DNA of 26,184 nucleotides from a virus (IMGVR_UViG_3300048895_000139:1-26184); one strand, 5' to 3'; positions 8,026 through 15,492 are shown, numbered from the stretch's first letter. Made by a program: numbers and translations. The notes: a model not told the origin generated them from the sequence alone.

Positions 8026-8346
8026 ATGCAAGGACATGCTGACCACTACGGCCTAAGGGTAATCCCTGATGCGGGTGCTTCACCGGCATCAGGTGAACAC
8101 CCTAGAACGGCGACGAATACTGACCGTCAACCTGTCCAGCGGCGTCCAGTGGCGTCCAGCGGCGTCCAGAAATGCGAAGTCTGCGGCGGCGAAGCTGAAG
8201 GCAAGCGGGTCAACCGCGAAATGCGGGACGAGACCGGCATGACGGTCTGCAAAGCCTGCATCGACGAGGCGCTGTGCCTGCTGTGCGCGTCGCCGCCCCT
8301 GGCCCGGCTGATCGCCCGCATCATTTCGGAGCGGCCCCATGGTTGA
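8026..8346 (+). CDS. small C4 zinc-finger protein (CxxC-x21-CxxC); true start may be GTG 8149
   Basis: CEVC...CKAC; the 5' part overlaps the hairpin and repeats and looks non-coding. Confidence 0.55.
   Translation: MQGHADHYGLRVIPDAGASPASGEHPRTATNTDRQPVQRRPVASSGVQKCEVCGGEAEGKRVNREMRDETGMTVCKACIDEALCLLCASPPLARLIARIISERPHG
8056..8103. other. long imperfect hairpin in the leader of the rightward early operon
   Basis: AGGGT..CCTGATGC-G-GGTG-CTT-CACC-G-GCATCAGG..ACCCT. Confidence 0.55.
8132..8169 (+). repeat. 10-bp tandem repeat (GTCCAGYGGC) x ~4
   Basis: ctgtccagc ggcgtccagt ggcgtccagc ggcgtccag; reverse complement of the repeats at 12029-12057 and 12094-12118. Confidence 0.85.
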
Positions 8347-8626
8347 CCCCGGCCCAACCAAGCCCCGGCCCGCGCCGGAGCCCGACCCCCGCTTCGCCCG
8401 CGTGCCGCTGATCCGGCAGGCCTGGGCGCTCACTGTTCCGAAGGGTGCGCCCATGAACGGCAGGATCACCATCCTGGAGAACAAGTACGGCGGGCGGGTC
8501 ACGCTCCAAGAGGGCGACCTGTCCGAGCGATCCGTCGAACTGAACGTCATCGAGCTTCGCGCCCTGGCCGACCATGCCAACCGGATCGCCCGCCGCGTCG
8601 CCAGCCGCCCGGAGTACCGGCCATGA
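8339..8626 (+). CDS. hypothetical protein (start 8339 or 8453)
   Basis: ATGA coupling to the ERF gene. Confidence 0.55.
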   Translation: MVDPGPTKPRPAPEPDPRFARVPLIRQAWALTVPKGAPMNGRITILENKYGGRVTLQEGDLSERSVELNVIELRALADHANRIARRVASRPEYRP

Positions 8627-9303
8627 GCGCAATCGAGACGACCGCCGATATCGGCGAACTGGCCAAGGCGCTCCCCGCCGCCCAGGCCGCAATCGCCAAG
8701 ATCACGAAGGACACGGCGAACACCCACTTTAACAGCCGCTATGCGAGCCTGACCGAGATCGCCGAGGCGATCCTCCCGGCCATGAACGCCAACGGGTTCT
8801 CCGTCATCCAGGGCGTCACCGCCGCGCCGAACGCGGGCGTTCAGGTCACGACCCGCCTGTTGCACACCTCGGCGCAATGGATGGAGGCGACCCACTTCGT
8901 CCCCGTCAGCCGCCAGGACGCGCAAGGTGTCGGCTCGGCCCTGACCTATGCCCGGCGGCAAGCCCTTCAGGCCTTCTTCACGGTAGCGCCAGCGGGCGAA
9001 GACGATGACGGCGAGGGCGCTGTAGGGCGCGGGGCCGGACGGCCGCCCTTGAACCCCGGAGGGCCGCCCAGCACGCCACCGAAGACCCAGCGCCCGGCGC
9101 GGGTGGCCCGGCTCGAAAAGACCCTGACCGACGTGAAGACCATCGCGGACCTGACCCGCGCCTGGGACCTCGCGAAGGCGCTGCGGGCTGAACTCGCGGC
9201 CGAGGAGCCGGAGACGGCGAAGCGCCTGGACGCCCTGCACAAGGCCAGGAGCGACGCGCTGCTCGGCGGCGACTTCGATCCGGCGACGGGAGAGGTCCGA
9301 TGA
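8623..9303 (+). CDS. erf: ERF-family single-strand annealing protein
   Basis: NTHFNSRYASL, QGVGSALTYARRQAL, EDDDG. Confidence 0.9.
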   Translation: MSAIETTADIGELAKALPAAQAAIAKITKDTANTHFNSRYASLTEIAEAILPAMNANGFSVIQGVTAAPNAGVQVTTRLLHTSAQWMEATHFVPVSRQDAQGVGSALTYARRQALQAFFTVAPAGEDDDGEGAVGRGAGRPPLNPGGPPSTPPKTQRPARVARLEKTLTDVKTIADLTRAWDLAKALRAELAAEEPETAKRLDALHKARSDALLGGDFDPATGEVR

Positions 9304-9926
9304 TCCAGCAAGGCACCTCCGATTGGCACGCCCAGCGCTGCGGCAAGGCGACCGCCAGCCGCATCGCCGACATCATCGCCAAGACCAAGACCGGCCCGAG
9401 CGCGTCGCGGCTGAACTACCGGGCCGAACTGATCGCCGAGCGGCTGACCGGCGTCACCGCCCCGAGCTTCACGTCCGGCCCGATGCAATGGGGCCTGGAC
9501 CACGAAGCCGAGGCGCGGGCGCTCTACGCCGACCGCTGCGGCCTGCTCGTCACCGAAGCCGAGTTCGTGGATCACCCCGAGATCGCTTGGTCGGGCGCAA
9601 GCCCTGACGGCCACGTCGAAGACGGCCTGGTTGAGATCAAGTGCCCGAACACCGCGACCCATATCGACACGCTCCTGGGCGCGCCGATCGACGGGCGGCA
9701 CGTCACTCAGATGCAGTGGCAGATGGCCTGCACCGGGGCGGCGTGGTGCGATTACGTCTCGTTCGATCCGCGCCTGCCGCCGTCCATGCAGCTGCATGTT
9801 CAGCGGGTTCACCGGGACCTGACGATGATCCTCGGCCTCGAAGACGAGGTGTCGGCCTTCCTCGAAGAGATCGAGGAGCGGGTCGCCAAGCTGACGGCCA
9901 TCTACGGTCGCCAGGAGGCCGCGTAG
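9300..9926 (+). CDS. YqaJ/lambda-exonuclease family protein
   Basis: QGTSDWHAQRCGKATAS, MQWG..HE..AR, GASPDG, EIKCP, QMQWQM. Confidence 0.93.
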   Translation: MIQQGTSDWHAQRCGKATASRIADIIAKTKTGPSASRLNYRAELIAERLTGVTAPSFTSGPMQWGLDHEAEARALYADRCGLLVTEAEFVDHPEIAWSGASPDGHVEDGLVEIKCPNTATHIDTLLGAPIDGRHVTQMQWQMACTGAAWCDYVSFDPRLPPSMQLHVQRVHRDLTMILGLEDEVSAFLEEIEERVAKLTAIYGRQEAA

Positions 9927-10316
9927 ATGGCCCAGGCGGCGATCAGGCTGACCGACATCGCCGCGCGCCGTGACGCCGTTTCCTGGGTCTGGGGATCGGA
10001 GCCGGAGACGATTGTCCGGTTCGAGACGCCGGGCAAGCGGACGGCCAAACAGAACGCCGCGATGTGGGCCATGCTGACCGACATCGCCGAACAGGTGTCC
10101 TGGGGCAACCAGCAGTTGACGCCGGACGATTGGAAGCTGCTTTTTCTAGCCGACATGGACCGGGGCTCGCGCATGGCCCCGGCCCTGGACGGTCGCGGGT
10201 GGGTGAACCTCAACACCTCGTCCAGCGCCCTGAAGGTCGCCGAATTCGAACAGCTTCTCGACGCTATCCACAAGTTCGCCGCCGCCCACGGCGTGATGTT
10301 CAGGGCAGGGTTCTAA
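9927..10316 (+). CDS. ninB: NinB (lambda Orf) family recombination protein
   Basis: RTAKQNAAMWAMLTDIAEQVSW...DDWKLLF...EFEQLLDAIHKFAAAHGV. Confidence 0.85.
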   Translation: MAQAAIRLTDIAARRDAVSWVWGSEPETIVRFETPGKRTAKQNAAMWAMLTDIAEQVSWGNQQLTPDDWKLLFLADMDRGSRMAPALDGRGWVNLNTSSSALKVAEFEQLLDAIHKFAAAHGVMFRAGF

Positions 10317-10350
10317 CCAGCCGAGGGAGAACCTCGCGCCAGGAGTAACT

Positions 10351-10587
10351 GTGATGGTTGAGGCTAACGATTTGCTTCCGGCCGACCGGCCGCTCTACAC
10401 GATCCCCGAAGCCGCCAAGGCGCTGCGGATCAGCCGCTCGACGGTGTACGAGCTTCTCAGCGCAGGCCGTCTCCGAAAGGTCAAGGTGGGGTATCTCTCC
10501 TTGATCCGCCGGGACGACCTCGCCGACTTCATCAACTCGGCTTCGTCAGGCGGCGAAGCGCAACACCTGACCGGTGGTAAGCACTGA
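10351..10587 (+). CDS. xis: excisionase / recombination directionality factor (HTH_17-like)
   Basis: LYTIPEAAKALRISRSTVYELLSAGRL...IRRDDLADFI; AGGAG RBS; convergent with the integrase. Confidence 0.88.
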   Translation: MMVEANDLLPADRPLYTIPEAAKALRISRSTVYELLSAGRLRKVKVGYLSLIRRDDLADFINSASSGGEAQHLTGGKH

Positions 10588-11976
10588 CGCCTCGTCGCGG
10601 ACCGGCGCGGCCTTCCGGGGCCGGTCGGTGCCGTCGATGAACGCCGACCATTCCCGCATGACGATCTTGCGCTGACCGAGCAGCGGGTCCTCGCCGTTGT
10701 TGGCGTAGGAGCCCAGCGCGGCCGAGTGCCGGGCCTTGCCGTCTTCGTTGCCCGTAGAGGCCCCGATCAGATGGCCGATCGCCCGGTCCATCAGCGAAAG
10801 CTCGAAGGGCGGGTGGTTCCGGTGCGGGATGGCGATCCCCCAGGCCACGAACGACGAGCGGAAGCCGTGAACGGTGATGTCGTTGTTCAGCAGCTTGACC
10901 CGCTCAAGGACCGCGTTCGTGGTGTACGGCTGAACCGGGCAACCCGCCCGACGCCAGACCGGGGCGTTGCGGAACATTCCCATTCCAGGGAACAGCAAGT
11001 CGGTCGGCTTGAAGTCGGTCCGGTTCACAGCGGCGCGGCGCAGGACCCGGAGCATCCCCAAGGACAGCGGGACCATGAACGGCTTAGCGACCTTGGCGTC
11101 CTTGTTCCGCTCGGTCTTCAGGCGCTCCGGCGGGATGATCCAGAGGCGGCGCTTCCAATCGATCTCCGACCACGTCGCCCCGCAGGCCTCGTTGACCCGG
11201 CACCCGGCCAAGATCGTCCACTCCGCGATCCGCGCCGCCATGGTGCAGTCCTGGCGAAGCCGAGCCACGAAGGCCGGGACATCCTTGAACGGCAGAGAGG
11301 GGCGGTGTTCCTCATGGTGGGGCTTGTTGCCGAGCATGATGCAGAGCGCCGCGAAGTCGGCCGGGTTCTGCCAGTAGGGAGCGTCGCGGCGCTGCATGAC
11401 GTGCCGGTGCTTGAACAGCCGGGCCAGGGCTCCTGTGATCCGCTTGGCTGAGGGCGACGGCCGCTGATCCTTCCAATAGCGACGAAGCGCCGCCTCGACG
11501 TGGCTGGTCTGGATGGCGTCGATTTTCATCCGGGCCAGGGAGCCGACGCGGACGGTCACGTCGCGGAACCAGGGCGCGGCCTCGATCCCCTTGGCCTTGG
11601 CGATCTCTAGCTCGCGGGGCGGGGCAAGCCGCGCGAAGTGGGCGCGGGCGTATTCCTCCAGGGTGGGGTTCGCCTTGCCTCCGGTTTCGCGGGCGGCGGC
11701 GGGATCGACCCGCTCATCGAGAAGCGCGGCGTTCGCGTCCCTCCAAGCCCTCGCCTCGGCCAAGGACACGTCGCGGGGATAGGCTCCCTCGTGCCAGATG
11801 CTCTTGGTCTTTCCCGCGAAGGCGTAGCGGTAGAGGAACCGCGCCCGCCCGGCTTCGGTGACGACGAGGACCAGGCCGTCGCCGTCGTTGAACCGTTCGG
11901 TGGCTTGATCTTTCTGCGCCTTGGCGACCGCTTCGCGCAGCCGAAGGTCGTTAAGTTGGTTCTGTTTCGCGGCCAT
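10546..11976 (-). CDS. int: tyrosine integrase, P4-like, with N-terminal arm-binding domain (476 aa)
   Basis: Start moved to ATG 11976. DGDGLVLVV..FLYRY arm domain; catalytic R (GCRVNE), K (LKT), HGFR, GH, Y (GSYA). Confidence 0.93.
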   Translation of the reverse strand: MAAKQNQLNDLRLREAVAKAQKDQATERFNDGDGLVLVVTEAGRARFLYRYAFAGKTKSIWHEGAYPRDVSLAEARAWRDANAALLDERVDPAAARETGGKANPTLEEYARAHFARLAPPRELEIAKAKGIEAAPWFRDVTVRVGSLARMKIDAIQTSHVEAALRRYWKDQRPSPSAKRITGALARLFKHRHVMQRRDAPYWQNPADFAALCIMLGNKPHHEEHRPSLPFKDVPAFVARLRQDCTMAARIAEWTILAGCRVNEACGATWSEIDWKRRLWIIPPERLKTERNKDAKVAKPFMVPLSLGMLRVLRRAAVNRTDFKPTDLLFPGMGMFRNAPVWRRAGCPVQPYTTNAVLERVKLLNNDITVHGFRSSFVAWGIAIPHRNHPPFELSLMDRAIGHLIGASTGNEDGKARHSAALGSYANNGEDPLLGQRKIVMREWSAFIDGTDRPRKAAPVRDEASVLTTGQVLRFAA

Positions 11977-11991
11977 ATCCGTGATGATCCC

Positions 11992-12303
11992 TGCATACAA
12001 AAACGTGCGTACATTTTGCCACGACGTGGCTGGACGCCAGTGGACGCCACCGGACAGTGAAATCAACCAGGGCCTTGTACGGTAAGGGAAAGTTGGACGC
12101 CGCTGGACGCCGCTGGACTACTGGCGAGGGTTGGCCAGGTACCTGGGCCAGGCCAAGCTAACCCGTTTTGGTGATTGAATAATCTCAGCGGCTCCAAAAT
12201 CCCTAGGGACAGAAAATGCGAACAGCGGAGGAAACCGCGCGAACGGGGGGTGCGGCATCATGCCGCTCCTCTCCTAAGTTGTGAGCATGATTGCACACAC
12301 TTT
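11992..12303. mobile_element. putative attP region
   Basis: Arm-like repeats TGCATACA (11992), TGCGTACA (12006), TGCACACA (12292); 10-bp repeats TGGACGCCRS at 12031-12055 and 12094-12118; palindrome CCAGGTACCTGG at 12135-12146; phage genes on both sides. Confidence 0.65.
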
Positions 12304-12306
12304 TGA

Positions 12307-12340
12307 TTGCAATTTCCACTGAAGCCGTTACAACGGTTTC
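12307..12340 (+). promoter_or_regulatory. putative promoter of the accessory block with an inverted repeat over the -10
   Basis: TTGCAA 12307-12312, 16 bp, TACAAC 12329-12334; GAAGCCGTT-AC-AACGGTTTC 12321-12340. Confidence 0.5.
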
Positions 12341-12373
12341 AGAAGATTTGCACAACCCACCGAGAAAGACCCC

Positions 12374-12715
12374 ATGACCACCGAGACCAAAACCCGCGCC
12401 GAAAAGATCGCCGCCGCCATCGCCGATGTCGAAGCCTCCCGCGCCGAATTCATCGCCGCCCTGAACCCCGACGATCAGAGCATGGTCATCGCCTACGAGA
12501 ACGGCCTTTGCGTCGGCATCGGCTCGAACGGAAAGTGCGGGATCGTCGGCCCGATCGCCGCGCCCCTGGCCGAGGTGATCGAGCGCATCGGCACCGCCCG
12601 GAACGGCCACGGCGAGATCGCCAAGCGCCGCCGCCGCCAGGACGTGATCGCCCAGCGGGTCGCCGAATGCGAGCAATCGATCCAGATGTTCCGCGACATG
12701 GAGGCGGGCCAATGA
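12374..12715 (+). CDS. hypothetical protein (113 aa)
   Basis: ATG start, strong C-ending codon bias, ATGA coupling to the next gene. Confidence 0.75.
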   Translation: MTTETKTRAEKIAAAIADVEASRAEFIAALNPDDQSMVIAYENGLCVGIGSNGKCGIVGPIAAPLAEVIERIGTARNGHGEIAKRRRRQDVIAQRVAECEQSIQMFRDMEAGQ

Positions 12716-13377
12716 AGGTGGTCGCCTCCAAGTCCAACCCGCCCGAGGTTCAGGTCCGCGAGGCTTGGCTCCTGGCCCTGGCCGTCGAGTTCATGCGCGA
12801 GATTGAAGACCGCTGCGGCCTGACCTTTCCGCCGGTCCGCGTCACCTGCGGCTTCCCCAGCAAAGGCGGGGAAATGGGCCGTTCCACGCGGGTTCGCGGC
12901 CAATGCTGGTCGGCTGAAGCCTCGGAAGATCGCCACGCGGAAATCTTCATTTCCCCGGTGGAAGCCGAAGCCGAAACCGTCGCCGCGATCCTGGCGCACG
13001 AACTTGTTCACGCCGCCCTGCCCGACGCCGGGCATGGCAAGACGTTCAGCAAGGCGATGAAAGCGCTGGGGCATGTCAAGCCGTTCACCACGGCGACGCC
13101 TACGGATGATTTCTGGGAATGGGTTCGGCCGCTGCTGGCCGACGCCGGGCCGTATCCGCACGCGATGCTGGTCGCCATGCGCCCGGTCGCCGCCCCGAAG
13201 AAACAGGCGAACCGGATGATAAAGCTGTGCTGCCCGGATTGCGGTTACACGGTTCGCACCGCCCGCAAGTGGATCGTGGAGGTCGGCCTGCCGATCTGCC
13301 CGAAGGACATGGTCAAGATGACCGGCGAGGGCTTGGACGGCGAAGACCCCGACGAACTAGAGGAGGAGGCCGCATGA
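12712..13377 (+). CDS. SprT-like zinc metalloprotease with C-terminal zinc ribbon (221 aa)
   Basis: Start moved to ATG 12712 (GGAGG). LAHELVH (HExxH), GHGKTF, CPDCGYTVR...ICP. Confidence 0.85.
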   Translation: MKVVASKSNPPEVQVREAWLLALAVEFMREIEDRCGLTFPPVRVTCGFPSKGGEMGRSTRVRGQCWSAEASEDRHAEIFISPVEAEAETVAAILAHELVHAALPDAGHGKTFSKAMKALGHVKPFTTATPTDDFWEWVRPLLADAGPYPHAMLVAMRPVAAPKKQANRMIKLCCPDCGYTVRTARKWIVEVGLPICPKDMVKMTGEGLDGEDPDELEEEAA

Positions 13378-13619
13378 CACCCGGCCAAGCCCGGAAGATC
13401 GTCTGGCGGCGATTGACCGAGGCCAGGAACCTCAAGAACCGGATTGACGCCGGGCGGGCCTTCCCTTGGGAGCCCGCCCGGCTATCGGCGCTGGTGGCCG
13501 AGGCGCGGCTATATCACCGGCTTGCGCGATCCGCCGCAGCGCCCACTGTCTTGGCGACGGTTGCAAGCGGCTTTACACACAAAGCTGCATTCATCCACCC
13601 CAGGAGACGAACCCTATGA
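13374..13619 (+). CDS. hypothetical basic protein (81 aa)
   Basis: GGAGGAGG RBS, ATGA overlaps at both ends. Confidence 0.55.
   Translation: MTPGQARKIVWRRLTEARNLKNRIDAGRAFPWEPARLSALVAEARLYHRLARSAAAPTVLATVASGFTHKAAFIHPRRRTL
13561..13592 (+). promoter_or_regulatory. putative internal promoter with operator, upstream of the RHH gene
   Basis: TTGCAA 13561-13566 followed by inverted repeat GCGGCTTT-ACACAC-AAAGCTGC 13567-13588; AGGAGA RBS at 13602. Confidence 0.5.
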
Positions 13620-13828
13620 CCCGCCCCTCGACCCGCGTCAGACTGCCGCCGCCGGAGCCGCTTGATCCGCTGTCGGTGCAGATCGCGACCCGCATGACCC
13701 CGGCCAGCCGGGAGGCGATCCGGCAGCTTGCCGAACAGAAAGGCGTCAGCCTCCAGGCCCTCGGGGTCTATGCGTGGTCGCTGGTTCTGGACGCCTACGG
13801 CAAGCCGCCGCTGCCGGAGGCCCGCTGA
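13616..13828 (+). CDS. ribbon-helix-helix DNA-binding protein (70 aa)
   Basis: Start at ATG 13616; VQIATRM strand, then TPASREAIRQLAEQKG and SLQALGVYAWSLVLDAYG helices. Confidence 0.75.
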   Translation: MTRPSTRVRLPPPEPLDPLSVQIATRMTPASREAIRQLAEQKGVSLQALGVYAWSLVLDAYGKPPLPEAR

Positions 13829-14328
13829 TGGACGACATGACCGTCGAAGAGATCGCGGACATGCTCGCCAAGCAGCACGCGGCCTTCTACGCCGCGAACC
13901 CGAAGTCGGAAATTCCGCACCACTGTCTGATCTTCACCGAGGGCGGCGACAGCTTCGTCGTGGACTGCGGCTGGTCCAGCGCCCAGGAGCGGAGCGCGAT
14001 GCTCGACGCCCTGGCGGCGCTGATGGCGTCGATGCACGCCGTCCGTTACGCGATCTCTTCCGAGGCCTGGATGGTCATGCGGAAGACCACGGACCCCGCG
14101 CCGTACCTCGCCAATTACAAGCACGGCGACGCGGCCAAGAACCCCGAACGGGTAGAGGTGGTCACAACCCTGGTGGTTGATATCTCGGGGAAGATCGCGA
14201 ACCGCTTTCAGGAGATCGTCCGGGACCGGCGCGGCCGGGTCGTGGCGCTGAAGCCCGTCCTCGGTGAGGACGGCATGGCCGGGGCGGGCGCGATGTCCGA
14301 GCTACTGCCGCGCCGGTCGGTCCACTGA
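13828..14328 (+). CDS. hypothetical protein (166 aa)
   Basis: Start at ATG 13828; TGATG coupling at both ends. Confidence 0.75.
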   Translation: MDDMTVEEIADMLAKQHAAFYAANPKSEIPHHCLIFTEGGDSFVVDCGWSSAQERSAMLDALAALMASMHAVRYAISSEAWMVMRKTTDPAPYLANYKHGDAAKNPERVEVVTTLVVDISGKIANRFQEIVRDRRGRVVALKPVLGEDGMAGAGAMSELLPRRSVH

Positions 14329-14981
14329 TGGCCGACGCCCTCGCAGCGATCCGGGCCAGGAGAGCCGAACGGTTGCGTTCAAGGCTGACGCCCGCCCGAT
14401 CCTGCGACGGCTGCGATCTCTGCTGCACCGCGCCGGGGATCAAGGAAATGGACAAGCCGCCCGGCGAGCCCTGCAAGAACCTGTGCGGTGAGCCCGGCCG
14501 GTCCTGTTCGATCTATTCGAAGCGCCCGCCGGTCTGTGTCGAGTTCCACTGCCTGTGGCGTCTGACCGAGGCGATCTTGCCGTCTTGGCTGCGGCCCGCC
14601 GACTGTGGGTTCATGCTCTCGTTCAACCGCCACGACCAATGGCCGGGCGTCATCACCGCACACGTCGATCCGGCCCGGCCGGACGCTTGGCGCAACCAGT
14701 GGGCCATGACCGTCTTTGCCGAGATCGCCGGGGCCTGGAACTGCCTCGTGGCGGTCGGCCAATCGCCGGGGTGCGTGGCGATCTTCTGCCCGAACGGGAC
14801 CAAGATCGAGCTAGGGGATTACACGCCGGAGGAGCGGGCGGTCTTGGTCGGCGCGGACGGCTGGGTCGGCGCGCCGGACTACGTCTTCGGCCCTGACCGG
14901 CGTCCGCTTTCGGAGCGGATACCGGAAGCCGAATTCTCCTGGGGATTGCCCTTGCCGCCGTGGGCCGGAGGAACGCCATGA
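14328..14981 (+). CDS. CxxCxxCC (YkgJ-like) cysteine-cluster protein, long form
   Basis: CDGCDLCC...PC...CSIYSKRPPVCVEFHCLW, then RPADCG. Confidence 0.85.
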   Translation: MADALAAIRARRAERLRSRLTPARSCDGCDLCCTAPGIKEMDKPPGEPCKNLCGEPGRSCSIYSKRPPVCVEFHCLWRLTEAILPSWLRPADCGFMLSFNRHDQWPGVITAHVDPARPDAWRNQWAMTVFAEIAGAWNCLVAVGQSPGCVAIFCPNGTKIELGDYTPEERAVLVGADGWVGAPDYVFGPDRRPLSERIPEAEFSWGLPLPPWAGGTP

Positions 14982-15424
14982 CCACCGTCATCGACATCAG
15001 GGCTGGCGGGCGCTCCCTGTTCGCCCACGTCCCCGAATGCGCGAACTGTCCCGGCACCTGCTGCAAGGGCGACACGATCGTCCTGTTTCCCGAGTACGGC
15101 GACAACCCGCCGCTCTACGACACCCAGCTGATCGGCGAGGACCCGAAGACCGGCCAGCCGATCCTGGCGCTCAAGCACAAGCCGAACGGCGACTGCGCTT
15201 ACCTGACCGAGGTCGGGGGCGTCGGCCGCTGCTCGGTCTACCTGAACCGGCCGGTGGTCTGCCGCAGCTTCGATTGCGGTCAGCAATACGCCCAGACCAG
15301 CCGGGCTGAACGCCGCCGGATGGTCCGCGAAGGGATCGCCGACCCCGCGACCTTTGAACGGGGTCGGCAGGTTCATGAGGCCCGAGCCGCCAGGAAGGCC
15401 CAGGAAGGCCCGGAAGGGTCCTAG
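14978..15424 (+). CDS. CxxCxxCC (YkgJ-like) cysteine-cluster protein, short form
   Basis: Start at ATG 14978; CANCPGTCC...GDCAYL...CSVYLNRPVVCRSFDC. Confidence 0.85.
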   Translation: MTTVIDIRAGGRSLFAHVPECANCPGTCCKGDTIVLFPEYGDNPPLYDTQLIGEDPKTGQPILALKHKPNGDCAYLTEVGGVGRCSVYLNRPVVCRSFDCGQQYAQTSRAERRRMVREGIADPATFERGRQVHEARAARKAQEGPEGS

Positions 15425-15433
15425 GCCACCGAA

Positions 15434-15453
15434 CTAAGGCCCGAGGGCTTTAG
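15434..15453. terminator. possible terminator hairpin between convergent operons
   Basis: CTAAGGCCC-GA-GGGCTTTAG; no clear U-tract. Confidence 0.3.
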
Positions 15454-15492
15454 GCCCCTGTGGCGCGATCCTGGGCGGTTGGGCGGGGTTCC

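Noticed and set aside
8132-8169. 10-bp repeats as a CRISPR array
   Set aside because: No spacers, unit too short, no cas genes.
12120-12170. tRNA gene or tRNA 3' fragment at attP
   Set aside because: CCAGGTACC resembles some tRNA ends, but there is no T-arm (GTTCGA) or cloverleaf.
11977-12711. N-terminal extensions of the integrase (to 12066) and SprT ORF (from 12307) in the ORF track
   Set aside because: They run through att repeats or overlap a better gene; the downstream ATG starts fit the domain boundaries and, for SprT, an RBS and coupling.
3028-13377. Many proteins ending in EAA as ClpXP degrons
   Set aside because: Mostly explained by the GGAGGC Shine-Dalgarno of the next coupled gene; only Int and the Cro-like protein were kept as candidates.
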